From a virus, in IMG/VR virus record IMGVR_UViG_3300048598_000014, positions 1 to 33,631 of that record: a DNA stretch of 33,631 nt; one strand, written 5' to 3'. The translations under genes and the position numbers were made by a program. Each line of letters opens with the position of its first letter. Position 1 is the first letter of the stretch. Positions 6,173-15,472 of this stretch are shown here, in pieces. Under the pieces are notes generated by a model. The model did no database searches. It saw only the letters and a program-made list of their open reading frames with translations, and was not told the DNA's origin.

Positions 6173-7458
6173 AGCTGCTGCCGTTCAATGCTAAGGCGCG
6201 TGAGGTGTGCGATGCCAATCAGTTCGGCTATCTCACAGTGCTTGAGGGAAGCGTCAGAAGCATGAAAACAGTCACGTCGTTAATTGCGTGGCTTTTGTAC
6301 GTCATACGCTCTGACGAAAAAGTATTCCTGATGTCGGGCTATACAGCAGGCTCACTGCTCCATAACTGCATAACAGAGGAATACGGCTTGCAGAACATAT
6401 GCGGGGGAATGCTGACATTCAGGGCAGATGAGAACGGGCGCAAATACATGGCTCTAGGCGGAAAGCACATCTACTACTGCGGAGCGGGCACTGCGGACGC
6501 GCAGAGCGTAATAACCGGCTTGAGCATCGGCGGGTGGTATGCGGACGAAGTAAACAAGCACCACAAGACGTTCGTAAATCAGGCATTGAACAGAAGCATT
6601 GCAAGCCAGGACAGGTGCAACTTCTGGACGCTCAACCCTGAGGCGCCGTCACACTGGATTTACAAAGATTACATAGACAAGTACAAGGAGCAGAATCTTT
6701 CCGGCTACAGGTGGTATCACTTCACGCTTGATGATAATCCGGCAATCACAGCGGAACGCAAAGCAGAATTGAGACAGCAGTACACTGGAGTATTCTTCCA
6801 GCGCGACATACTCGGCTTGCGTGTTCGGGCAGAGGGAGCCTGCTTTCCTTCTTTCGTGCACAATGCAAAGGGAGCATACGGCAATGTCATGTATGAACTG
6901 CCGGAACATTTCAAACCGCTTTTTGCAAACATCGGCGCGGATATAGGCGGAACTGGATCTGCAACAACAAACGCCTGCACGGTGTTCTACCGGAACGATA
7001 AAGGCGAACTGTGCGGACTGCTCATTGATGAGATGTATGACACGGACAACAAGAGCACCGAGAGCATAATTGCCAATTTTAAGCAGTTTGTAATCAGGAA
7101 TAAAGCTAAATACAGAGTAGCAGGAGCAAGAAGCGACAGTGCGGAACAGCTCATCAAGAAGAGCTACGCTGCCACCGGTGTGTGCAACGTTGCGGACAGC
7201 TTAAAGCGTCCTATCGTTGACCGCATACGCTTCTTTGACCTTGCATACAGCCTTAAGCGCTTTTACATCTGGCATGAGTGCGTGCATACGATTGAGGCGG
7301 TTGAATCCGCGGTGTGGAGCGACAAGCCTAGCAAGGACGGAACGGAAACGCGCCTTGATGACGGAAGCACCAACATAGACAGTCTGGACGCTATGGAATA
7401 CAGCGTTGAGGAATACATGAGTGATTTTAATTTGGTAAAAATGGAGGCAGGGGAATGA
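6169..7458 (+). CDS. terL: terminase large subunit
   Basis: 429 aa. Deviant Walker A GSVRSMKT. PBSX/Terminase_3-like layout with acidic nuclease motifs (GADIGG, SLDAMEY). Position between TerS and portal. Confidence 0.8.
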   Translation: MKLLPFNAKAREVCDANQFGYLTVLEGSVRSMKTVTSLIAWLLYVIRSDEKVFLMSGYTAGSLLHNCITEEYGLQNICGGMLTFRADENGRKYMALGGKHIYYCGAGTADAQSVITGLSIGGWYADEVNKHHKTFVNQALNRSIASQDRCNFWTLNPEAPSHWIYKDYIDKYKEQNLSGYRWYHFTLDDNPAITAERKAELRQQYTGVFFQRDILGLRVRAEGACFPSFVHNAKGAYGNVMYELPEHFKPLFANIGADIGGTGSATTNACTVFYRNDKGELCGLLIDEMYDTDNKSTESIIANFKQFVIRNKAKYRVAGARSDSAEQLIKKSYAATGVCNVADSLKRPIVDRIRFFDLAYSLKRFYIWHECVHTIEAVESAVWSDKPSKDGTETRLDDGSTNIDSLDAMEYSVEEYMSDFNLVKMEAGE

Positions 7459-8153
7459 AATCAGAGACTTACAACATCGACTGTATGGATTACATGCGCA
7501 CGTGCAAAGATAAACAGTTTGATCTTGCGATTGTTGACCCGCCGTATGGACTTAATATAGATAAAAAAAATAATAGTGAAATAAAATTATCTGACAAGTC
7601 AGCAACGAAATCAAAATATTATGGAAATCAGGAATGGGATAATAATGTTCCTGATGAAAACTATTTTAACGAATTATTTAGAATATCAAAAAATCAAATA
7701 ATATGGGGTGTAAATTATTATCCTTATAATTTTTTATCAGGAGGAAGAATTTATTGGAATAAAAAAGTTACAATGCCCACATATAGTAGCGGAGAACTCG
7801 CATATTGTTCGTTGCAAAACAATATAAAACAATTTGATTATGAATGGCATGGAATGCTTCAACAGGATATGAAAAATAAAGAATTCCGTATTCATCCCAC
7901 CCAGAAACCCGTTGCTCTGTATAAATGGCTCCTGTCACATTATGCTCATGCCGGAGACAGAATTATTGACACACATCTTGGTTCTGGCTCTTCACGCATT
8001 GCATGCCATGACATGGGATTTGATTTTGTCGGCATCGAGATTGACAAGGATTATTTTGAAGCAGAAGAAAAAAGATACAGTGATCATGTTTCACAGCTTG
8101 ATTTAATAAAGCCGGAAGAGATACAGCAACTGCAATTCGCAGTAAACAAATAA
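7455..8153 (+). CDS. DNA methyltransferase (N6-adenine/N4-cytosine type, beta class)
   Basis: Motif IV DPPYG near the N-terminus, HPTQKPVALYKWLL, and motif I-like DTHLGSGSS near the C-terminus. Confidence 0.9.
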   Translation: MKSETYNIDCMDYMRTCKDKQFDLAIVDPPYGLNIDKKNNSEIKLSDKSATKSKYYGNQEWDNNVPDENYFNELFRISKNQIIWGVNYYPYNFLSGGRIYWNKKVTMPTYSSGELAYCSLQNNIKQFDYEWHGMLQQDMKNKEFRIHPTQKPVALYKWLLSHYAHAGDRIIDTHLGSGSSRIACHDMGFDFVGIEIDKDYFEAEEKRYSDHVSQLDLIKPEEIQQLQFAVNK

Positions 8154-8166
8154 CGGGGGCAAAATT

Positions 8167-9612
8167 ATGAGCGACTTGACGGACAAAATACGGCAGATAT
8201 GGGCAATCATCACAGGGCACACGCTCGGCGAGAACGTGACAGCATTCGATGACCTTATTCAGAACTGGTGGAGCGTATACAGAGGCAACCCGTCATGGCT
8301 TGACTACTCATACGCAACGCTTGGCGGAAACAAGCAGAAGCGCACACGCAAGGAAATGAACGCGGCAAAGATTGTATGCAGTGAGCTTGCAGGCCTGTGT
8401 TTTACGGAGACACCGGAGCTGACAACGGATAAGGACATCACCGACTTTCTGAACAGGGAGCACTTCTGGGAGCACATGACAGAATACGCAGAATATGGTG
8501 CGGCTCTTGGCGGATTCGCTCTCAAGTTCTATGCGGACGCTACAGGCCCGCACATCGATTACGTTACTGCCGACTGCTTCGTTCCAGTGTCATGGAACAG
8601 TGCACGCATTACGGAGGCGGACTTCATCTCAAAAATGGTGCATGACGGCAAAAGGATTCTGAGCGTTGAGCATCACAAGAAAGCGATGTGGAAGGACGAG
8701 CAGGGCAATGACGTATGCGGATATGAAATCAGCAGTGACTTTTACGATGACGCGCAGGGCACCTGGACAAGGACGGACGCACAGCACGCAGGGCAGGAGG
8801 CAGTTGTCACGCGCATTGCAACAGACACACCGCTGTTCGTGTACATCAAGACACCGGAAGCAAACAATAAGACGCTGGACAGTCCGCTCGGCATATCAAT
8901 ATTTGCAAACGCAATGGACACGCTTGAAAGCCTTGACATCGCATTCGATGCGCTGCAGCTTGAAATCACTCTCGGCAAGCGCAGGATCATTGTTCCGTCA
9001 CAGTGTGTCAGGGCTGTCATTGATACAAAGACAGGAAAGCCGGTACAGTATTTCGACCCTGCCGATGAAACGTTTATCGCATTCAATTCAACAGACGCAA
9101 AGGAAATGAAAATCACCGACAACACTGTTGAAATCAGAACAGAAAGCATCAAGGGAGCAATACAGGCGCTTCTGTCCATTCTTTCCGCGCAGGTGGGATT
9201 CAGTGCCGGCTATCTCAATTTTGACGGCACAAGCATGAAAACAGCAACAGAGGTTGTCAGCGAGAACAGCAAGACGTTCAAGACAAAGACTGCATACGAG
9301 AACAACATCGGCAGCGGTATCTTGCAGTTGCTTGAGACTATACGCACTCTCGGCAGCCTGTACGGCATGAAAACAACGAGTGCAGAGTACACAATATCAT
9401 GGGATGATGATGTAATTGAGGACAGGAACGCGCGCGCTACATACTGGATTAACAGATACAGCGCAGGTACAGTATCGCTCGTGAAACTGCTTATGAAACT
9501 TGACGGCATGAGTGAGGAAGAGGCACAGAAGGAAGCGGACACAATCAAGGCAGAAAAAGCAACGATAGATGCAGGTAGTATGTTCGGCATGGACACAGGA
9601 GCAACGGCATAA
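8167..9612 (+). CDS. portal protein (SPP1 gp6-like)
   Basis: 481 aa. Position after terminase. N-terminal W.VYRGNPSWL typical of SPP1-family portals. Confidence 0.8.
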   Translation: MSDLTDKIRQIWAIITGHTLGENVTAFDDLIQNWWSVYRGNPSWLDYSYATLGGNKQKRTRKEMNAAKIVCSELAGLCFTETPELTTDKDITDFLNREHFWEHMTEYAEYGAALGGFALKFYADATGPHIDYVTADCFVPVSWNSARITEADFISKMVHDGKRILSVEHHKKAMWKDEQGNDVCGYEISSDFYDDAQGTWTRTDAQHAGQEAVVTRIATDTPLFVYIKTPEANNKTLDSPLGISIFANAMDTLESLDIAFDALQLEITLGKRRIIVPSQCVRAVIDTKTGKPVQYFDPADETFIAFNSTDAKEMKITDNTVEIRTESIKGAIQALLSILSAQVGFSAGYLNFDGTSMKTATEVVSENSKTFKTKTAYENNIGSGILQLLETIRTLGSLYGMKTTSAEYTISWDDDVIEDRNARATYWINRYSAGTVSLVKLLMKLDGMSEEEAQKEADTIKAEKATIDAGSMFGMDTGATA

Positions 9613-9615
9613 AGC

Positions 9616-10677
9616 ATGACATCATCGGAACTGTTTTACGAAATGGAAACTGAACTACTCAAGAATCTAGTGCGATATCTGTCAAAGGGATCTGTCGGCT
9701 CCGCGCAGTGGCAGTTGGACAAACTGCACGAAATGGGCAAGCTGAAAAGCGTCAACGCAAACACGATTGCAAAGTACAGCAGAGAGGCAATCAAGGAAGC
9801 AGAACGCGAGATACAGCGGGCGACAATACGCGGTGCAAGCGTAATAGACAAGGCGAGCGAGGGACACACGGATAAATTGAACACGGCAGTACCTGCAAAT
9901 GCTGACGAGCGCATACTGCGGACGGCACAGTCATGGAGCAACATCGCGGCAAACGGATTAAACCGTGTCGGCACATCGTTGTTGAATAAGTCCGTTGCCA
10001 TGTATCAGCAGGGAATAGACAGCGCAAGCAGGGCAGTCGCGGAACAGGTGACGGGAGCGATAACAGGACGGCAGGCAATAGCGCAGATGTGCACCGAGTG
10101 GAGCAGAACGGGCATAGGCGCGCTTGTGGACAAGGCCGGCAGGACATGGACACCGGAAGCATATGCGCAGACGCTCGTAAGAACGAACATGCGCAATGCG
10201 ACAACAGAAAGCCAGCTTGAGCGCATGGACGAACTTGACGAGGATTTAATTGAGGTATCATCACATGCAGGCGCAAGGCCGCTGTGCGCACCGTATCAGG
10301 GGCATGTATACAGCAGGACCGGCAAGAGCACGCAGTACCCGTCACTCAACAGCACATCATACGGAGAGCCGGCAGGGCTGTTCGGCATTAACTGCGGTCA
10401 TGTAATGTATCCGTTTTTCCCCGGCACAAAGCAGACATACAAGCCGACAGACGATGAATCACAGAACGCGGAAGATTACAAGCAGAGCCAGAAGCAACGG
10501 CAGATAGAGCGCAGTATCAGGAGTGCAAAACGTGAGCTTGAATTGCAGAAGATAAACGGAGACACAGCTGCAGTCAGCAGGGCGCAGGAGCGTGTAAGCA
10601 ACCGGCAGTCTGCTATGCGCAATTTCATCGATGAATCGGGAAGAACACGGCATTATGACCGTGAGCAAATATATTAA
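9616..10677 (+). CDS. minor head / head morphogenesis protein (Mu F / SPP1 gp7-like)
   Basis: Position after portal. GINCGHVMYPFFPG motif characteristic of the Mu-F-like family. Confidence 0.75.
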   Translation: MTSSELFYEMETELLKNLVRYLSKGSVGSAQWQLDKLHEMGKLKSVNANTIAKYSREAIKEAEREIQRATIRGASVIDKASEGHTDKLNTAVPANADERILRTAQSWSNIAANGLNRVGTSLLNKSVAMYQQGIDSASRAVAEQVTGAITGRQAIAQMCTEWSRTGIGALVDKAGRTWTPEAYAQTLVRTNMRNATTESQLERMDELDEDLIEVSSHAGARPLCAPYQGHVYSRTGKSTQYPSLNSTSYGEPAGLFGINCGHVMYPFFPGTKQTYKPTDDESQNAEDYKQSQKQRQIERSIRSAKRELELQKINGDTAAVSRAQERVSNRQSAMRNFIDESGRTRHYDREQIY

Positions 10678-10692
10678 CGGAGGAAATTAATT

Positions 10693-11238
10693 ATGGCAGA
10701 AACAACAGCAACACCGGAAACTGCACCGGCACAGACAGCGACAGAGACACAGGCACAGGAAGCGCCGAAGTACACCGACAAGCAGTTGAACGACCTTATC
10801 GCGAAGAACAAGGGCAAGGGAGTTGAAGAACTGCTAAAGACTGCGGGATTTCAGACGCAGGATGAACTGACTAAGGCTCTTGCAGACTATAAGGCAATGC
10901 AGGACAAGAACAAGACCGATGCGGAAAAACTTGCAGACGAAAACAAAAAGACTGCTGAAAAACTCGCAGAAGCAGAGAAGAAAGCCGCTCTTGCAGATTT
11001 CCGCGCAGAAGCGCTTGCACAGGGAGTGAGCAAGGAAGCAAGTGAGAAGGTGGCGAAGTGGGCGCAGGATTATGACGGCAAGACGGCAGAGGAAAAGATT
11101 ACCGCGTTCCTGAAGGACAATCCGCAGTTCGCACAGAGCGAAGCAAAGCTTGCGGCACCGAAGATTTCGAGCAAGACTGTATCGCAGACACCTGACGCAG
11201 AAGCCGCACTGCTTGAGCGCATCAAGAAGCAGATGTAA
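10693..11238 (+). CDS. scaffolding protein
   Basis: A/E/K-rich predicted coiled coil, 181 aa, upstream of the major capsid gene. Confidence 0.7.
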   Translation: MAETTATPETAPAQTATETQAQEAPKYTDKQLNDLIAKNKGKGVEELLKTAGFQTQDELTKALADYKAMQDKNKTDAEKLADENKKTAEKLAEAEKKAALADFRAEALAQGVSKEASEKVAKWAQDYDGKTAEEKITAFLKDNPQFAQSEAKLAAPKISSKTVSQTPDAEAALLERIKKQM

Positions 11239-11268
11239 TTTTTTTGTGCCGTTGCAATAAAATAATAC

Positions 11269-11297
11269 TTGCAACAATAGGCGAACGGTGCTATATT
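11269..11297 (+). promoter_or_regulatory. sigma70-like promoter TTGCAA-17-TATATT
   Basis: Hexamers with an exact 17-nt spacer. The -35 is part of a 7-bp inverted repeat GTTGCAA(11)TTGCAAC. Confidence 0.55.
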
Positions 11298-11303
11298 GTT
11301 TGA

Positions 11304-11460
11304 AACACCACTGAGGATAACGTCTGTTATGCAGACGCAGCCAAAGAAAACCTGCCGTGAGGTTATACCACGGGTAAAAAGGGCCAGACCTTCAATTCTG
11401 GGTAGACAAGTCAATCCGTATGGAATGACTAAATACCTGTTTGAAGCGTCGGCCTTTTTT
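11304..11460 (+). ncRNA. candidate structured leader/sRNA ending in a long-range stem plus U6
   Basis: Local hairpins: CGTCTG/CAGACG, CCGTG/CACGG, CCAGA/TCTGG. Long stem GGCCaGACCTTC (11382..11393) / GAAGcGTCGGCC (11443..11454), then TTTTTT. No RBS-led ORF. Confidence 0.35.
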
Positions 11461-11498
11461 ATTGCCCATGCGCCTCAAACGTAAACAGAGGTGCCAAT

Positions 11499-12398
11499 AT
11501 GGCAAACTCAATCGCATACGCAACACTGTTCCAGACAGCTCTGGACGAAAAAATCACGGCACAGCTTGCATCGGGCGCACTCGAAGCAAACGCAAGCATG
11601 GTGAAGTACAGCGGCGGAAACACCGTCAAGATTCCGAAGGTCAGCACAAGCGGTCTCGGAACATATTCAAAGACAACTGGATTCCCTGCCGGATCGGTAA
11701 CACTTGAGTGGGAGGAAAAAAACCTCACACAGGACAGAGGACGCGAGTTCACAATCGATGCAATGGACAATGACGAATCTGCATTCGTTGATTCAGCTTC
11801 TAACGTGCTCGGTACGTTCCAGAAAGACCATGTTGTTCCTGAGGTTGACGCATACCGTTTCAGCAAGATTTATTCTGCTGCTGTAGCCGGTGGAAAAACT
11901 GCAAACAGCTACACACCTGCGAAGTCAAGCATCTATTCAACTCTCTCTGATGAAATCGCAGACATCCGCGACAAGGTTGGAGACAACGTAAAACTCATGG
12001 TGTACATGAGCGGCATTGCCTACAAAGCACTCAAAGATTCAAGCGAGTTCGAGAAGAAGATTGACGTTGCCAACTTTGACAACGGAACAATCAAGACGCA
12101 GGTCCGCGCAATCGATGACGTGCCGATTTTCCGCGTGCCGTCAGACAGATTCAAAACTGCATACACATTCGGCGATGACGGATATGCCGCCGCAGCAGGC
12201 GCACTCCAGATGAACTGGATTATCCTTGCGGACAATGCGGCAATCGCAATCGTAAAGACGGATAAAATCCGCATCTTCGACCCTGCGACTAACCAGAGCG
12301 CGGACGGATGGAAAATCCAGATGCGCAAGTATCACGACCTGTGGCTGCTTGACAACAAGATCAACACAATCAGCATCAGCGCAACACCGTCAACATAA
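11499..12398 (+). CDS. major capsid protein
   Basis: 299 aa after the scaffold gene. N-terminus MANSIAYATLFQTALDEK... resembles SPP1 gp13-type capsid proteins. Confidence 0.8.
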   Translation: MANSIAYATLFQTALDEKITAQLASGALEANASMVKYSGGNTVKIPKVSTSGLGTYSKTTGFPAGSVTLEWEEKNLTQDRGREFTIDAMDNDESAFVDSASNVLGTFQKDHVVPEVDAYRFSKIYSAAVAGGKTANSYTPAKSSIYSTLSDEIADIRDKVGDNVKLMVYMSGIAYKALKDSSEFEKKIDVANFDNGTIKTQVRAIDDVPIFRVPSDRFKTAYTFGDDGYAAAAGALQMNWIILADNAAIAIVKTDKIRIFDPATNQSADGWKIQMRKYHDLWLLDNKINTISISATPST

Positions 12399-12415
12399 CG
12401 TAGCAGGAGGCAGTC

Positions 12416-12796
12416 ATGTACGCGACAGTAGATTTCTACAGATCAACATATCTCGGAAGTGACGCCTCTGATACTGAGCTGACGAAGTGGCTCACACGTG
12501 CGAGTGACGACATTGACGCGGCTACACAGTACCAGATTACAAGTCTGGACGATTACGGCGCGACAATCCAGACGCTCGTGCAGAAAGCCACGTGTGCGCA
12601 GGCTGAATGGTACATCAATAACGGAGGCGACCTGTCGGGAGTGAGCAACCTTTCAGTGGGTTCGTTCTCTATCGGCAAGTCTGATGCTGGTACAACTGCT
12701 GTATTGTGCAGCAGAGCTATGCAGTATTTATCGCCTACAGGTCTAGCCTGCCGTGTGATAGGAAGTGCGGAATGCAGATACCCCGTGCAGTATTGA
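12416..12796 (+). CDS. head-tail connector/adaptor protein
   Basis: Size and position after the capsid gene. RBS AGGAGG. Confidence 0.6.
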   Translation: MYATVDFYRSTYLGSDASDTELTKWLTRASDDIDAATQYQITSLDDYGATIQTLVQKATCAQAEWYINNGGDLSGVSNLSVGSFSIGKSDAGTTAVLCSRAMQYLSPTGLACRVIGSAECRYPVQY

Positions 12797-13116
12797 TACA
12801 TTCTGCGACCTATGCCCACTACACAGGCACTGACCGGAGCGGTGAAAAGACATACGGCGCAGAGCAGACGTTACAGTTCGTACGCTTTGAAGTGTCGAAG
12901 CAGAACGCATTGACTGCTCTCGGTGACCAGAAGAATGACCGCTACACGATGTTCTATGACTGTGAGAACAGCCTTCCGGCTGGGATAACATTCTCTGCCG
13001 GTGACAAGGTTACATACGGCAGTGAGGCGCTTGAGGTGCGTACGGCAAATCTGTACAGCGCATTCAGCGCACATCACTGGGAAATACAGTTGGTGGGTTC
13101 AAGCGATGCAAGCTGA
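12772..13116 (+). CDS. head closure / neck protein
   Basis: Position in the neck module. Start moved to ATG 12772 to limit overlap with the upstream gene. Confidence 0.5.
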   Translation: MQIPRAVLIHSATYAHYTGTDRSGEKTYGAEQTLQFVRFEVSKQNALTALGDQKNDRYTMFYDCENSLPAGITFSAGDKVTYGSEALEVRTANLYSAFSAHHWEIQLVGSSDAS

Positions 13117-13459
13117 CATTGACGTAGATTTCCTGCCGCAGGAAGTAAAGGAAAAACTTGCGGAGAAGATACAAAACAAAGTTCAGCTTGCATTGAATGA
13201 ACAGGTTATTAAGGACAGCAATGTCTATTGTCCTGAGGACACAGGAACGCTTCAAAGTTCCGTTGTCATGGGTCTCGGTGATGATGCCTTCGTTGAGTGG
13301 AATGAATCCTACGCAAGCAGGCAGTATCACGGAGACGAAAACGGGTTCAACTACTCGAAGGACAATAACATAAACGCCCGCGGTCACTGGTTCGAGGCGG
13401 CAAAGGCGGAACACGTAAAGGACTGGGAGGCTCTTTGCAATGAAAGACTTAAGAAATAA
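13106..13459 (+). CDS. neck/tail attachment protein (HK97 gp10-like)
   Basis: Position in the neck module. Start ATG 13106 overlaps the previous stop. Confidence 0.5.
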   Translation: MQADIDVDFLPQEVKEKLAEKIQNKVQLALNEQVIKDSNVYCPEDTGTLQSSVVMGLGDDAFVEWNESYASRQYHGDENGFNYSKDNNINARGHWFEAAKAEHVKDWEALCNERLKK

Positions 13460-13826
13460 AATTGCCGATTACATCGATACTCTCGACCTTTATTCGATTA
13501 CGTATCTTGACGCATTTCCTACCACACCGATAGAGGCAGTCATGCTGCGGGCTATGCCGAGTACTGCAAAGGAGACGGCATACATGGACGGATCAGCGGA
13601 AGGTTCTGTCAGCTTCAACATTTATGCCAGAAGCAAGAAGCAGGAAACTGCAATCAATGCTCTGGACAAAATTGTAAAAGCGCTGGACTGTCCGCAGATT
13701 GAACTTGAAGAAGGCCTGTACATTGTAGCACAGCCGACAACGTTTCCGGCTCTCGTACAGAAGACGGATGCAGGCGAGTACACATACTCGTGTGCAATAA
13801 AAATCAATTATACATGGGAGAAATAA
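13440..13826 (+). CDS. tail completion protein
   Basis: Position immediately upstream of the major tail gene. RBS GGGAGG. Confidence 0.5.
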   Translation: MKDLRNKIADYIDTLDLYSITYLDAFPTTPIEAVMLRAMPSTAKETAYMDGSAEGSVSFNIYARSKKQETAINALDKIVKALDCPQIELEEGLYIVAQPTTFPALVQKTDAGEYTYSCAIKINYTWEK

Positions 13827-13828
13827 TT

Positions 13829-14551
13829 ATGGGTAAAACATTTCCGTTGAACTTTCAGAATCTTTTTGAAATCAACACAACTCCGGGAGCGGCCACGAAA
13901 ACATGGGCGCGCATCGCAGCGGGCATCAGCTCATGCACTCCTGCAAACAATGAGAATGTGGACCAGACCGCATATCTTGACGGAGACGGATTCGGTTCGT
14001 CCGATGTCATCGGCATGCAGAAAACATACGCGTTCAGCGGTCACCGTGTTGTCAACGATGCTGCGCAGGACTACATCTTCAATGATCTCCAGGAGACTCT
14101 TGGTGACAACCGCAAGACAGAAATACGCCACACCGATGCGAACGGCAAGGTTATCACCGGTGATTGCACCGTGTGCAATATCGTTGAGGGTGGCGGAGAT
14201 GCGAACGCAAAGACTGAAATCAGCTTTGAAGTCCACATCAACGGAAAACCAGAAACAACAGCTGCGACAACTGCTCCGGAACTGACAGCAACCTTTGCAG
14301 CCGGTGTAACAGTTGGAACGACAACTGCAACAGTCACGGCAGGTTCAAACGACACGCTTGCATACTGTCTGCGTGGCTCGGCGCTCTCTCCTAACGGAGG
14401 GGCGTATGTTTTCGGACTCACCTCTTACACCTCTGCCGCGGAAATCAAGGCAAGCGTAGGACAGGTGCTCAATCTGTTCGAGCTTGACGCGAACAACCGT
14501 GTTGTAAAGTTTGTGGCCCACACTCTTGTGACGGCAGACATCAAGGCATAA
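13829..14551 (+). CDS. major tail protein
   Basis: Position before the chaperone and tape measure genes. T/A/G-rich C-terminal domain. Start ATG 13829 follows GGGAG. Confidence 0.7.
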   Translation: MGKTFPLNFQNLFEINTTPGAATKTWARIAAGISSCTPANNENVDQTAYLDGDGFGSSDVIGMQKTYAFSGHRVVNDAAQDYIFNDLQETLGDNRKTEIRHTDANGKVITGDCTVCNIVEGGGDANAKTEISFEVHINGKPETTAATTAPELTATFAAGVTVGTTTATVTAGSNDTLAYCLRGSALSPNGGAYVFGLTSYTSAAEIKASVGQVLNLFELDANNRVVKFVAHTLVTADIKA

Positions 14552-14568
14552 TCATAAGGAGATAGACA

Positions 14569-14946
14569 ATGGGCGACAGCATGAAGGTGCTGTCGTCTGT
14601 CCGCACTCTTGACGTTGAGTGGGCAGACGGCAGAAAGAAAACATATCACATTGACGTATCGAACAAAGAGCGTCTTACTAAGTGGCTCGGTCAGGAAGCA
14701 AGCCTCGACAAGCTCAAGGGAGTGACCGACAAGAGCGTGAACGAGCAGACACTTGGAGAGATGTTTGATGTATGCAGTGACCTTGTGAGCAACTTGGTTG
14801 GAGACAAGGAGGCGAAGGACATGCTCAAGAGATCAAACGGTTCGCTGTTCGTGTTGCTCCAACTGATTGCGAAGATGGGAAGCATGGCGAATGCCGCGCT
14901 TGCAGAGGCACAGAGCGTTGTGGAATCCATTACTAAGCAGCGTTAA
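14569..14946 (+). CDS. tail assembly chaperone
   Basis: 125 aa between the major tail and tape measure genes. Confidence 0.6.
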   Translation: MGDSMKVLSSVRTLDVEWADGRKKTYHIDVSNKERLTKWLGQEASLDKLKGVTDKSVNEQTLGEMFDVCSDLVSNLVGDKEAKDMLKRSNGSLFVLLQLIAKMGSMANAALAEAQSVVESITKQR

Positions 14947-14965
14947 AGACGGTGAATATAGGGGC

Positions 14966-15472
14966 GTGAGAATAAACACAGATTTCCGCGCCTCGCTCCG
15001 TTTTTTGGACAAAAAGAAATATTACGACATCATGTCGATGTCTCTCGGTGAGAAGGAGACCGCGGAGGGGCTTGCGAAGTCTGCCGCGGAGATTTTCTGG
15101 AACAACGAAGTTCCGGACATACCGGACATCATGGAAGTGCTCACCGGATTTTTGACTATGGAAAACAAGACTGAATCAGACGGTGAGGAATGCTTCGACT
15201 ACTACTGTGATTCAGCAAGGATTTATTCCGACTTTTTGCAGTACTACGGAATTGATTTGACGATAGCAAAACTGCACTGGTGGAAGTTCAACGCGCTTCT
15301 ACAGAATCTGCCGGAAGGTTCCTCGCTCATGCGGGCGATTGAGCTACGGCAGAGGGAAATTGACAAGAACATGACGCCTACTGACAAGGCGAAATTATAC
15401 AAGGCCAAAGAAGCCGTGATGATTACTAATCACTGGGAGGAAGATGTATGGCAGAAGCAGACGGCACAATAA
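14966..15472 (+). CDS. Gp15-like tail assembly protein
   Basis: INTDFRASLRF N-terminal motif as in the Bacteriophage Gp15 family. GTG 14966 is proposed as the start. Overlaps the tape measure start. Confidence 0.55.
   Translation: MRINTDFRASLRFLDKKKYYDIMSMSLGEKETAEGLAKSAAEIFWNNEVPDIPDIMEVLTGFLTMENKTESDGEECFDYYCDSARIYSDFLQYYGIDLTIAKLHWWKFNALLQNLPEGSSLMRAIELRQREIDKNMTPTDKAKLYKAKEAVMITNHWEEDVWQKQTAQ

Noticed and set aside
11296-11484. 62-aa ORF in the scaffold-capsid gap
   Set aside because: It has a TTG start and no Shine-Dalgarno sequence, and it spans predicted hairpins and the terminator. It is better explained as a structured RNA.
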